A DNA stretch of 25,969 nucleotides from positions 1-25,969 of the forward strand of contig NW_021834751.1 of NCBI RefSeq assembly GCF_006345805.1, in the 5' to 3' direction. Every line of letters starts with the position of its first letter. Within the stretch, counting starts at the first letter, position 1. The position numbers and the translations under genes are program-made. The stretch comes from Octopus sinensis (taxonomy: Eukaryota). Below the pieces are notes generated by a model that saw only the letters and a list, made by a program, of their open reading frames with translations, was not told where the DNA came from and searched no databases. This document shows, one piece after another, positions 9,459 to 19,807 of the stretch.

Positions 9459-9664
9459 TTTTTTTTTATTCCTCTCCCCTTTTCTTTTTTTCCCTCTCCC
9501 CCCTTTTTTTTTAAAATCCTCCCCTTTTTTTGTCCTCTTTCTTTCCTTTTACGATCCCTTTTGATCGAAAACCAACCCCCATTTTTTTTTTACCCCCAAA
9601 AGAAAAGCTCTACCTTGTAATTTGTTCCGTCTGTGTGCAGCCCTGTGTGGCTAATAAAGAAACA
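9459..9664 (+). mobile_element. Tx1/L1-like retrotransposon 3' UTR fragment within (TATC)n
   Basis: Homologous to the reverse complement of 22551-22700 (GATCCCTTTT..ATCGAAAACC..CCCC..AAAAGAAAAGCTCTAC..TTTGT.CCGTCTGTGTGCAGCC.TGTGTGGC.AATAAA). Confidence 0.7.
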
Positions 9665-9789
9665 TATCTATCTCTCTAATCTATCTATCTGTCTGTCTGT
9701 CTCTCTGTCGCTATCTGCCTACCTATATCTCTTTCTTGCTTTCTTTCTCTCTCTCTCTCATTCTCCCCCCTCTCTCTCTATATATATAT

Positions 9790-9890
9790 TTAGGCGTGTC
9801 TGTGTGGTAAGAAGTTTGCTTCCTAGCCACATGGTTCCGGGTTCAGTCCCTATGTGATGTGCTTTGCACAAATGTCTTCTATTATAGCCA
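9790..9890 (+). mobile_element. SINE B left module, diverged and truncated
   Basis: CTGTGTGGTAAG...CCACATGGTTCCGGGTTCAGTCCC...GTCTTCTATTATAGCC. Confidence 0.65.
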
Positions 9891-10013
9891 CGTTCCGAGG
9901 CTATACTACAAGATATATACATATTATTTGTGTGTATGTGTGCGCGGTATGGCATCCATATATTATTTAATTATGGTACTGAATCAAAGTGTTATTTAAT
10001 GATTATAAGTATA

Positions 10014-10358
10014 TGGATGGAAGCACTCCGTCGGTTACGACGATGAGGGTTCCGGTTGATCCGAATCAACGGAACAGCCTGCTCGTGAAATTAACGTGTA
10101 AGTGGCTGAGCACTCCACAGACACGTGTACCCTTAACGTAGTTCTCGGGGATATTCAGCGTGACACAGAGAGTGACAAGGCCGGCCCCTTTGAAATACAG
10201 GTACAACAGAAACAGGAAGAAAGAGTGAGAGAAAGATGTGGTGAAAGAGTACAGCAGGGATCACCACCATCCCCTGCCGGAGCCTCGTGGAGCTTTTAGG
10301 TGTTTTCGCTCAATAAACACTCACAACGCCCGGTCTGGGAATCGAAACCGCGATCCTA
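10014..10358 (-). mobile_element. SINE family C (C1), lacking the first ~45 nt
   Basis: Matches the other C1 copies and abuts the transposase fragment. Confidence 0.9.
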
Positions 10359-10369
10359 TTGTTTCCCCA

Positions 10370-11137
10370 ATCAAGAGGGTTGCAGTTGGGGGAGTTATGT
10401 GGCCAGATGTTAGGAGTGATGTGGTCGCTGAAATTGTCTGACAGCCATGACTGGGTTCTCCTGCTTGTGTGGCTTGGTGCAGAGTCCTGTTGCCAGACAC
10501 GAGGTCTTCCAGCAGCCACCTTCTTGACCCAGGGCGGCTCTACCTCCTCCAGGCACTTGATCTAGGCCTCCATGTTCAGTCTGAGGCCGCGTGGGAAGAT
10601 GAACGGAGACATAACATTACCATTATTAGTGGAGTGGAAGCACTCCGTCGGTTACGACAATGAGGGTTCCGGTTGATCCGAATCAACGGAACAGCCTGCT
10701 CGAGAAATTAACGTGTAAGTGGCTGAGCACTCCACAGACACGTGTACCCTTAACGTAGTTCTCGGGGATATTCAGCGTGACACAGAGAGTGACAAGGCCG
10801 GCCCTTTGAAATACAGGTACAACAGAAACAGGAAGTAAGAGTGAGAGAAAGTTGTGGTGAAAGAGTACAGCAGGGATCACCACCATACCCTGCCGAGCCT
10901 CGTGGAGCTTCTAGGTGTTTTCGCTCAATAAACACTCACATCGCCCGGTCTGGGAATCGAAACCGCGATCCTACGACCGCGAGTCCGCTGCCCTAACCAC
11001 TGGGCCATTGCACCTCCACCATTACTAGTGTTCACTCCATAAAACATGATGTTGACTGGATGTTTGATTTTCATCACTCTCGGTACATGATCCAGGGACA
11101 CGGCAAGCCAACGGTTCTTCTGTGTGTTCACCATCCG
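10370..11137 (-). mobile_element. Tc1/mariner DD37D (maT-type) transposase fragment, split by SINE C
   Basis: MVNTQKNRW...HPVNIMFYGVNTSNG|NVMSPFIFPRGLRLNMEA*IKCLEEV...WQQDSAPSHTS...WPHNSPNCNPLD. There are 37 residues between the QQD and PLD aspartates and one in-frame stop. Confidence 0.85.
10632..11017 (-). mobile_element. SINE family C (C1), full length, inserted in the transposase
   Basis: TSD ACCATTA(T/C)TAGTG at 10619-10631 and 11018-11030. Confidence 0.92.
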
Positions 11138-11366
11138 TTCGGTGCGAATGACAGGCAGCAGAGCATGCTGTTTCCAAATTCCTGGTAGATTGAATTCCGT
11201 CGTGGTGCTGTTTTTCTCATAGACCAATCTGACTCTACTATACTGTGTAGTGGTCAAAATCCAAAACAAACTAAGCGTATGTTCTAAATAAAAAATATAA
11301 AATGGCGACAATTTACCCGTCACATCCGGTATATATGCAGGCATATTTCTACGGCTGGATGCCCTT

Positions 11367-11405
<39 letters not shown>

Positions 11406-11410
11406 TATAT

Positions 11411-11842
11411 ACTCTTTTACTCTTTTACTTGTTTCAGTCATTTGACTGCGGTCATGCTGGAGCACCGCCTTTAGTCGAGCAAGTCGACCCCGGGACTTAT
11501 TCTTTGTAAGCCCAGTACTTCTTATTCTATCGGTCTCTTTTTGCCGAACCGCTAAGTGACGGGGACGTAAACATACCAGCATCGGTTGTCAAGCAATGCT
11601 AGGGGGACAAACACGGACACACAAACACACACACACACACATACACACACACACACATATATATATATTTATACATATATACGACAGGCTTCTTTCAGTT
11701 TCCGTCTACCAAATCCACTCACAAGGCATTGGTCGACCCGGGGCTATAGCAGAAGACACTTGCCCAAGATGCCACGCAGTGGGACTGAACCCGGAACCAT
11801 GTGGTTGGTAAGCAAGCTACTTACCACACAGCCACTCCTGCG

Positions 11843-11846
<4 letters not shown>
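11411..11846 (-). mobile_element. SINE family B, full length
   Basis: Reverse complement matches 2481-2900. Confidence 0.92.
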
Positions 11847-11892
<46 letters not shown>

Positions 11893-11991
11893 GACAACTT
11901 ATATATATATAACCTCATGAAGGGGTGGTTTTTATCCAAGGGAATATTGGTTCAGTACCTAGAAGTATTTTGGGCGATATATATATACATA

Positions 11992-12953
11992 CAGAGGTTG
12001 GACAAAATAATGGAAACACCTAGCATCATAGCATCATAAATTTGAAATATTAATAAAACCATCAAAAGCTTGTTTATTTTTATGTTTTTTGATTTATTAT
12101 TATTGTGTTGCTAAATATGTGTTCCTGAAATTGCAGTTTCTCTTTAGATATCATTAGAAAAAGGTAAGTAAAATTCATTAAAATGACAGATGTATCCGAC
12201 TTTCAAAGAGGTCAATTTGTTGGTGCTCGTATGGCAGGCGCTAGCATAGTAAAAGGTAAGTGAAATTCATTAAAATGATAGATCTATCCGACTTTCAAAG
12301 AGGTCAATTTGTTGGTGCTCCTATGGCAGGCGCTAGCATAGAAAAAGGTAAGTAAAATTCATTAACATAACAGATCTATCCGACTTTCAAAGAGGTCAAT
12401 TTGTTGGTGCTCCTATGGCAGGCGCTAGCATAGAAAAAAGGTAAGTAAAATTCATTAAAATGATACATCTATACGACTTTCAAAGAGGTCAATTTGTTGG
12501 TGCTCCTATGGCAGGCGCTAGCATAGAAAAAGGTAAGTAAAATTCATTAACATAACAGATCTATCCGACTTTCAAAGAGGTCAATTTGTTGGTACTCCTA
12601 TGGCAGACGCTAGCGTAACAAAAACAACCGAAATGTTTGGTGTATCAAGAAGTACTGTCTTGAAAGTAATGAGTCTTTGAGAAAGAGGGAAAAACCTCTT
12701 CGTCGAAACAAAACTCAGGAAGAAAACTAAGACTTTCAGATAGGGACTGTCGGGCTCTTACGCGAATTGTTAGAAAGGATCGCAAAAGTATAGCTCCCAA
12801 AATTACTGCAGAGCTTAATGACCACTTCGAGAACCCAGTTTCCACAAAAACTGTTCACTGGGAGCTGTACAAAGCCAGATTTCACGGGAGGGCTGCAATC
12901 AGCAAACCACTACTTTTAAAAATAAACGTTGCAAAGCGTATAGAGTGGAGTAA
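11992..12953 (+). mobile_element. Tc1-family transposon, 5' half (TIR, paired-like DNA-binding domain), defective
   Basis: TA followed by CAGAGGTTGGACAAAATAATGGAAACACC (TIR-like). Reads (M)TDLSDFQRGQFVG..MA.ASVTKTTEMFGVSRSTV..(fs)..GRKLRLSDRD.RALTRIVRKDRK...KTV..EL.KA.FHGRAAISKPLL..NVAKRIEWSK. Truncated before the DDE domain by a SINE tail. Confidence 0.88.
12155..12615 (+). repeat. 92-bp tandem repeat x5 covering the Tc1 start codon
   Basis: AAGGTAAGT recurs at 12161, 12253, 12345, 12438 and 12530. Confidence 0.95.
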
Positions 12954-13005
12954 AGGCGGTGCTCCAGCACGGCCGCAGTCAAATGACTGAAACAAGTAAA
13001 TGAAT
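12949..13005 (+). mobile_element. SINE B/LINE 3' tail only
   Basis: TAAAGGCGGTGCTCCAGCACGGCCGCAGTCAAATGACTGAAACAAGTAAA. Confidence 0.85.
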
Positions 13006-13334
13006 ATATATATGTATTTCCGCGCATGGGAAACGAAACCGCTACGTTGAACACGGGTCTCAGGATTTTCGAAGCGTAGTTCCTACATCACACCGCCATT
13101 TTATGGCCGACATCAGAATCTGTATTACATAAATTTGTATTCTCTCTGTGTCTTTATGAATATATATACATATATACATATCTGTGTATGTGCGTGTGTG
13201 TGTGTTTGTGGTATTCTTCACAAAGCCACAAGTAACTTGATCTCTTTTGCCTGTCTTTCTCTGGTGTACTTCCGTCTTTTGTGACATTCCAAGATTTTTA
13301 GAATATTCGGAAATGCTTCCAGCTGGTTGCTAAT

Positions 13335-14692
13335 GTTGTTGTTTAGCCCCGGGTCAGTCCTGATTCAGATAGACCTATGATCACAGGCGTTCCATCTGTG
13401 ACCACCCCGTCTTTTATTCTGACAGTGTATCTAGGACTAAAGAAAAAATGTGTCCTTCTCTGTTGTTTAGCCCCGGGTCAGTCCTGATTTAAACAGACCT
13501 ATGATCACAGACGTTCCATCTGTGACCACCCCGTCTTTTATTCAGACAGTGTATCTAGGACTAAAGAAAAAATGTATTCTTCTTTGTTGTTTAGCCCCGG
13601 GTCAGTCCTGATCCAGACAGACCTATGATCACAGGCGTTCCATCTGTGACCACCCCGTCTTTTATTCTGACAGTGTATCTAGGACTAAAGAAAAAATGTG
13701 TCCTTCTCTGTTGTTTAGCCCCGGGTCAGTCCTGATTTAAACAGACCTATGATCACAGGCGTTCCATCTGTGACCACCCCGTCTTTTATTCAGACAGTGT
13801 ATGTAGGACTAAAGAAAAAATGTCCTTCTCTGTTGTTTAGCCCCGGGTCAGTCCTGATTTAGACAGACCTATGATCACAGACGTTCCATCTGTGACCACC
13901 CCGTCTTTTATTCAGACAGTGTATGTAGGACTAAAGAAAAAATGTCCTTCTCTGTTGTTTAGCCCCGGGTCAGTCCTGATTCAGACAGACCTATGATCAC
14001 AGACGTTCCATCTGTGACCATCCCGTCTTTTATTCAGACAGTGTATCTAGGACTAAAGAAAAAATGTCCTTCTCTGTTGTTTAGCCCCGGGTCAGTCCTG
14101 ATTTAGACAGACCTATGATCACAGACGTTCCATCTGTGACCACCCCGTCTTTTATTCAGACAGTGTATGTAGGACTAAAGAAAAAATGTCCTTCTCTGTT
14201 GTTTAGCCCCGGGTCAGTCCTGATTCAGACAGACCTATGATCACAGACGTTCCATCTGTGACCATCCCGTCTTTTATTCAGACAGTGTATCTAGGACTAA
14301 AGAAAAAATGTGTTCTTACCTGTTGTGTAGCCGCAGGTCAATCCTGATCCAGCTGACCTCCGATCAAAGATGTTCCAACTGTGACCATCCTGTCTTCTAT
14401 TCAGGCATAGTGTACCTAGGACTACATTATCTAATATGTCCTCGTTGTTTAGCCCTGGGTCAGTCCTGATCCAGACACACCTATGATCAAAAATGTTCCA
14501 GCTGTGACCATCCTGTCTTTTATTCAGACATAGTGTACCGAGGACTATATTATCTAATATATCCTTCCTCGTTGTTTCGTCTCAGGTCACTTCACTAGAC
14601 CTATGATAAAAGACGTTCCAGGTGTGACCATCCTGTCTTTTATTCGACTACAGTATATCCCGGATTATATGAGCTCCTCATTGTTGTTTAGT
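13335..14692. repeat. 122-124 bp tandem array, 11 units (8 homogeneous, 3 diverged)
   Basis: GTTTAGCCCC landmark at 13341, 13465, 13589, 13713, 13835, 13957, 14079 and 14201. Diverged units start at 14325, 14447 and 14574. Confidence 0.95.
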
Positions 14693-14744
14693 CCGCTCTT
14701 AGCTCGTCCCTTTTTACCTTGAGCATTCGGCTTTGCTCCAGGTA

Positions 14745-15100
14745 AACACACACGCACCCACCCACGCGTAGCACCCCCCCCACACGCACACACACAGTAC
14801 ACACACACGCACACACGCACCCACCACGCGTAGCAACCCCCCCCCACACGCACACACACACGTACACACACACGCACACACGCACCCACCCACGCGTAGC
14901 AACCCCCCCCCACACGCACACACACACGTACCCACACACGCACACAACGCACCCACCCCGCTAGCACCCCCCCCACACGCACACACACACATATACGTAG
15001 TACATGCACACACACAGGCACACACACACACTCACAAACAGATACACACGCACACGCGTAGAACACGCACATTTGCACACGCCCACGCACAAATACACAC
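14745..15100. repeat. CA-rich minisatellite, about 60-bp unit x4
   Basis: CACCCACCCACGCGTAGCA(A)CCCCCCCCACACGCACAC is repeated. Confidence 0.85.
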
Positions 15101-15116
15101 CCCTCCACACAGACAT

Positions 15117-15410
15117 TGTTTGTTCCTTCTCTGGCTCATAAGGGCCGATTTCCTGGTTTCCTTGGCGTATAGGTTCCCCACCTGGACAGGACGCCGATCC
15201 GTTGCAGGTGAGCTGCAAGACGCAGGAGGAAAGAGTGAGAGAAAGTTGTGGCAAAAAAGTCAGCAGAAGTTCGCCATTACCTTCTGCCGGAGCCGCGTGG
15301 AGCTTAGGTGTTTTCGCTCATAAACACTCACATCGCCCGGTCTGAGATTCGAACCCGCGATCCCTAGACCTCGAGTCCGCTGCTCTAACCACTAGGCCAT
15401 GTGCCTCCAC
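15117..15410 (-). mobile_element. SINE with C-type head and alternative tail C2
   Basis: Shares the head and first body segment with C1, then CCTGCAACGGATCGGCGTCCTGTCCAGG...GGCCCTTATGAGCC..AGAAGGAACAAACA. Confidence 0.8.
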
Positions 15411-15420
15411 ACACAGACAT

Positions 15421-15803
15421 GGGAAGCACTCCGTCGGTTACGACGATGAGGGTTCCGGTTGATCCGAATCAATGGAACAGCCTGCTCGTGAAATTAACGT
15501 GAAAGTGGCTGAGCACTCCACAGACACGTGCACCCTTAACGTAGTTCTCGGGATATTCAGCGTGACACAGAGAGTGACAAGGCCGGCCCCTTGAAATACA
15601 GGTACAACAGAAACAACAAGTAAGAGTGAGACAAAGTTGTGGTGAAAGAGTACAGCAGGGATCGCCACCACCCCCTGCCGGAGCCTCGTGGAGCTTTAGG
15701 TGTTTTCGCTCAATAAACACTCACAACGCCCGGTCTGGGAATCGAAACCGCGATCCCTCGACCGCGAGTCCGTTGCTCTAAACGCTAGGCCGTGTGCCTC
15801 CAC
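15421..15803 (-). mobile_element. SINE family C (C1 body, C2-like first 45 nt)
   Basis: C1 body and tail. Head reads GGAGGCACACGGCCTAGCGTTAGAGC. Flanked by CACACAGACAT repeats. Confidence 0.9.
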
Positions 15804-15811
15804 ACACAGAC

Positions 15812-15848
<37 letters not shown>

Positions 15849-16188
15849 AGCAGTGGCTTCAAGGCGAATGATGACAGCCACGACCTTGTTTCTTAGTAAT
15901 TCTGTTTCTGAAATACAGAAGGAACATAAATGGTTTTATGTCACCCGGGTGCATGAATCTTTCCGGGTATTTTCTGAGTGGGTGTGTGAAGTTTGTTACA
16001 GTTATCAGTAGATTGTAAAATGTGTGAGAGAACCAAACCCTACCGTTTCTTCTTTTTTTTGTGCTTTATAATCCTATTGTATTCTGTTACGTAAACCTGT
16101 TGACCTCAATGTTTGTCGGTAGCTTTTGATAGTCAATATTTTGTGAACTTAAAAAGGCGCTTGCTTGGCTCAGAGGTGAGCTCGGATA

Positions 16189-16777
16189 AAGGCGGTGATC
16201 TGGCAGAATCGTTAGCACGCCGGGCGAAACGCTAGCGGTATTTCGTCTGTCTTTACGTTCTGAGTTCGAATTCCGCCGAGGTCGACTTTGCCTTTCATCA
16301 TTTCGGGGTCGATAAATTAAGCACCAGTTCCGCAATGGGGTCGATGTAATCGACTTAATACCTATGTCTGTCCTTGTTTGTCCCCTCTGTGTTTAGCCCC
16401 TTGTTAGCAGTAAAGAAATGAGATATTTCGTCTGTCTTTACGTTCTGAGTTCGAATTCCGCCGAGGTCGACTTTGCCTTTCATCCTTTCAGGGTCGATTA
16501 AATAAGTACCAGTTACGCACTGGGGTCTATATAATCGACTTAATCCCTTTGTCTGTCCTGGTTTGTCTCCTCTTTGTGAAGCCCCTTGTGGGCAGTAAAG
16601 AAATGAGATATTTCGTCTGTCTTTATGTTCTGAGTTCGAATTCCGCCGAGGTCGACTTTGCCTTTCATTCTTTCGAGGTCGATAGATTAAGTACCAGTTT
16701 GCGTACTGGGTCGATCTAATCGACTGGCCTCCTTCCCAAAATTTTCGGGCCTTGTGCCTAGAGTAGAAAAGATTATT
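16189..16777 (+). mobile_element. SINE A trimer (A1, A1, A2 tails)
   Basis: Internal restarts at ATATTTCGTCTG (16423, 16608); the last unit ends in the A2 tail. Confidence 0.88.
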
Positions 16778-16824
16778 TTGTGAACTTAAGAGGCGCTAGC
16801 TTGGCTCAGACGAGTGCGAGGATA

Positions 16825-17222
16825 AAGGCGGCGAGCTGGCAGAATCGTTTCACGGCGGGCGAAACGCTTAGCAATATTTCGTCTGTCTTAACGTTCTGAG
16901 TTCGATTTCCGCCGAGGTCGACTTTGCCTTTCATCCTTTCGGGGTCGATTAATAAGCACCAGTTACGCACTGGGGTTGATATAATCGACTTAATCCCTTT
17001 GTCTGTCCTTGATTGTTCCTTCTGAGTTAAGCCCCTTGTGGGTAGTAAAGAAATAGGTAATTCGTCTGCCGCTACATTCTGAGTTCAAATTCCGCCGAGG
17101 TCAGCTTTGCCATACATTCTTTCCGGGGTCGATAAATAAAGTACCAGTTGCGCATTGCGGTCGATGAAATCGACTGGCTCCTCCCCCAAAACTTTCGGGC
17201 CTTGTGTCTAGAATAGAAAAGA
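16825..17222 (+). mobile_element. SINE A dimer (A1, A2 tails)
   Basis: Restart at GTAATTCGTCTG (17057). The upstream ~50 bp duplicates 16137-16188. Confidence 0.88.
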
Positions 17223-17280
17223 CATGAGCGCGGATTCTTCGAAAAGCGTCACTCAACATTCACCAAAAAGTTCAGTGCTG

Positions 17281-17770
17281 TTCTGTCTGTCTTAATGTTC
17301 TGAGTTCAAATCCCCTCCGAGGTCGACTTTGCCTTTCACCCATTCCAGGTCGACAAAATAAGTACTAGTTGAGCACTGGGGTCGATGTAATCGATGGTAA
17401 GTAGCTTGTTTACCAACCACATGGTTTCGAGTTCAGTCCCACTGCGTGGCACCTTGGGCAAGTGTCTTCTGCTATAGCCTCGGGCCGACCAAAGCCTTGT
17501 GAGTGGATTTGGTAGACGGAAACTGAAAGAAGCCCGTCGTATATATATATATGTATGTGTGTATATGTTTGTGTGCCTGTGTTTGTCCCCCCACCATTGC
17601 TTGACAACCAATGCTGGTGTGTTTACGTCCCCGTACCTTAGTGGTTCGGCAAAAGAGACCGATAGAATATATACTAGGCTTACAAAAAATAAGTCCTGGG
17701 GTCGATTTGCTCGACTAAAAGGCGGTGCTCCAGCATGGCCACAGTCAAATGACTAAAACAAGTAAAAGAG
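17281..17770 (+). mobile_element. SINE A body fragment (17281-17394) fused to a 5'-truncated SINE B (17395-17770)
   Basis: Junction GATGTAATCGA|TGGTAAGTAGC. Confidence 0.85.
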
Positions 17771-17984
17771 AATATATATGTATATATACACACATATATA
17801 AATACACACACACTCATATATATATACGCACATATACACACACACAGTCATATATATATATATTCACACACACACATACATATATATACACACACACACT
17901 CACACCTATTTATTTATGAATGAACACTGCCTTACAACTCTAATGAATGACGGGATGGTCGATGAGAATGTGGTGTGTGCGTGA

Positions 17985-18260
17985 GAATTACCTAGGGTCA
18001 CCTGCTGCTTGCAAAACAAGCAGCAAGATGGCCGCCAACGTAGCTGGTTTAATAAAACATTCACACACACACTGGCACAAAATCTCACCCAGGTTTTCTC
18101 AAAAAAATTTCTCCACTTCCGTCAGCTGATCTTCGACGGCTTTTCCCCCTCTACTTGTTATTTCCACAATCTTACTTCCGCTGCCGCCTACGCCGCCATT
18201 ACAATGACGGCCGCGGCAACCACCACCACCACCACCACCACTAGCAGCTTCTCCACCGCC
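17985..18260 (-). promoter_or_regulatory. Candidate promoter / non-coding first exon
   Basis: Unique CpG-rich island. YY1-like CAAGATGGCCGCC (18024) and CGCCGCCATT (18191). ETS-like ACTTCCG (18115, 18174). Minus-strand donor-like sites G|GTGAGA (18088), CAG|GTGACC (18001) and TAG|GTAATT (17991). Confidence 0.35.
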
Positions 18261-18324
18261 TTCATTCCAAATACCGCCAGCACCTGTCCCATACCTTTTC
18301 TTAAACAAACGATTCACGGCCTAC

Positions 18325-19170
18325 ACACAAACACACACTCAGACACACACACTCAGACACACACACTCAGACACACACACAAAGGCACACCACACACCAA
18401 CAGACTCACACACAGACACGTACACACACAAATACACAGACAAAGACAATGACACACATAAACTCACACGCACATACACATAGACACACACACACTCATA
18501 CACACGCTCACATAGACACACACACACACGCTCACATAGACACACACACACATTCATACACACGCTCACATAGACACACACACACTCATACACACGCTCA
18601 CATTGACACACACACACTCATACAAAGGCTCACATAGACACACACACACGTTTTTGCATACACACACACACACACTCATACACACGCTCACATAGACACA
18701 CACACACGTTTTTGCATACACACACACTCAGACACACACACAGAGGCACAAAGATATACACACACACATAGGCACACAAACATACACACCACACACACAC
18801 CCACACACCAACAGACTCACACACAGACACGTACACACACAAATACACAGCCACAGACAAACACAATGACACACATAAACTCACACGCACATACACATAG
18901 ACACACACACACACGTTTTTGCATACACACACACACTCATACACACGCTCACATAGACACACACACACACGTTTTTGCATACACACACACCTCATACACA
19001 CGCTCACATAGATACACACACACATACACACGTTTTTGCATACACACACACGCTCACATAGACACACACACACACACTCATACACACGCTCACATACACA
19101 CACACGTTTTTGCATACACAGACACACTCATACACACACTCACATAGACACACACATACACGATGTGTGA
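18325..19170. repeat. CA-rich compound minisatellite with about 50-bp subunits and about 415-bp duplication
   Basis: CACCAACAGACTCACACACAGACACGTAC...ACAATGACACACATAAACTC at about 18395 and 18808; GTTTTTGCATAC subunits. Confidence 0.88.
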
Positions 19171-19295
19171 GAGCGTGTATGTATGATTGTGTGTGTATGT
19201 GTGTACGTCTATGTAAGTATGTATATATCCTGTTTTATATACGTGTGTGCGTATGCATGTATATATGTCAGCATGTGTAGATAAATATATGTAAA

Positions 19296-19702
19296 TGGCT
19301 GTGTGTGGTAAGTAGCTTGCTTCCCAACCACATGGCTTCGGGTTCAGTCCTACTGCGTGGCAGCTATGGCAAGTGTCTTTTACTATAGCCTCGGGCCGAC
19401 CAAAGCCTTGGGAGTGGATTTGGTAGACGGAAACTGAAAGAAGCCCGTCGTATATATGTATATATATATATGTGTGTGTGTGTGTATGTATGTGTGTGTA
19501 TATGTTTGTATGTCAGTGTTTGTCCCCCCAACATGACAACCGATGGTGGTATGTTTACGTCCCCGTAACTTTAGAGGTTCGGCAAAAGAGACAGATAGAA
19601 TACGTACTAGGCTTACAAAGAATAATTCCTGGGGTCGATTTGCACGACGAAATGAGATGCTCCAGCATGGCCACAGTCAAATGAGTGAAACAAATAAAAG
19701 AG
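19296..19702 (+). mobile_element. SINE family B, full length
   Basis: Matches 2481-2900. Confidence 0.9.
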
Positions 19703-19715
19703 TATATATATATGC

Positions 19716-19748
<33 letters not shown>

Positions 19749-19807
19749 CATACACACACACACGCGCACACACACAGAGGCACAAACACACACACACATA
19801 TATATAT

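Noticed and set aside
9874-9915. Small inverted duplication TCTTCTATTATAGCC / GGCTATACTACAAGA
   Set aside because: It is short, imperfect and inside a decayed SINE; a routine truncation scar.
13335-14692. CRISPR-like array (regular period, hairpin)
   Set aside because: There are no unique spacers or cas genes, the whole unit repeats, and the context is eukaryotic. The same applies to the 92-bp array.
14745-14980. G-quadruplex potential on the minus strand
   Set aside because: G-runs exist but come from a simple minisatellite; there is no evidence of function.
18009-18452. 147-aa + strand ORF with Ala/Thr runs
   Set aside because: It has a TTG start, runs into CA repeats, and has no recognisable domain. 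The region is better explained as regulatory or UTR.
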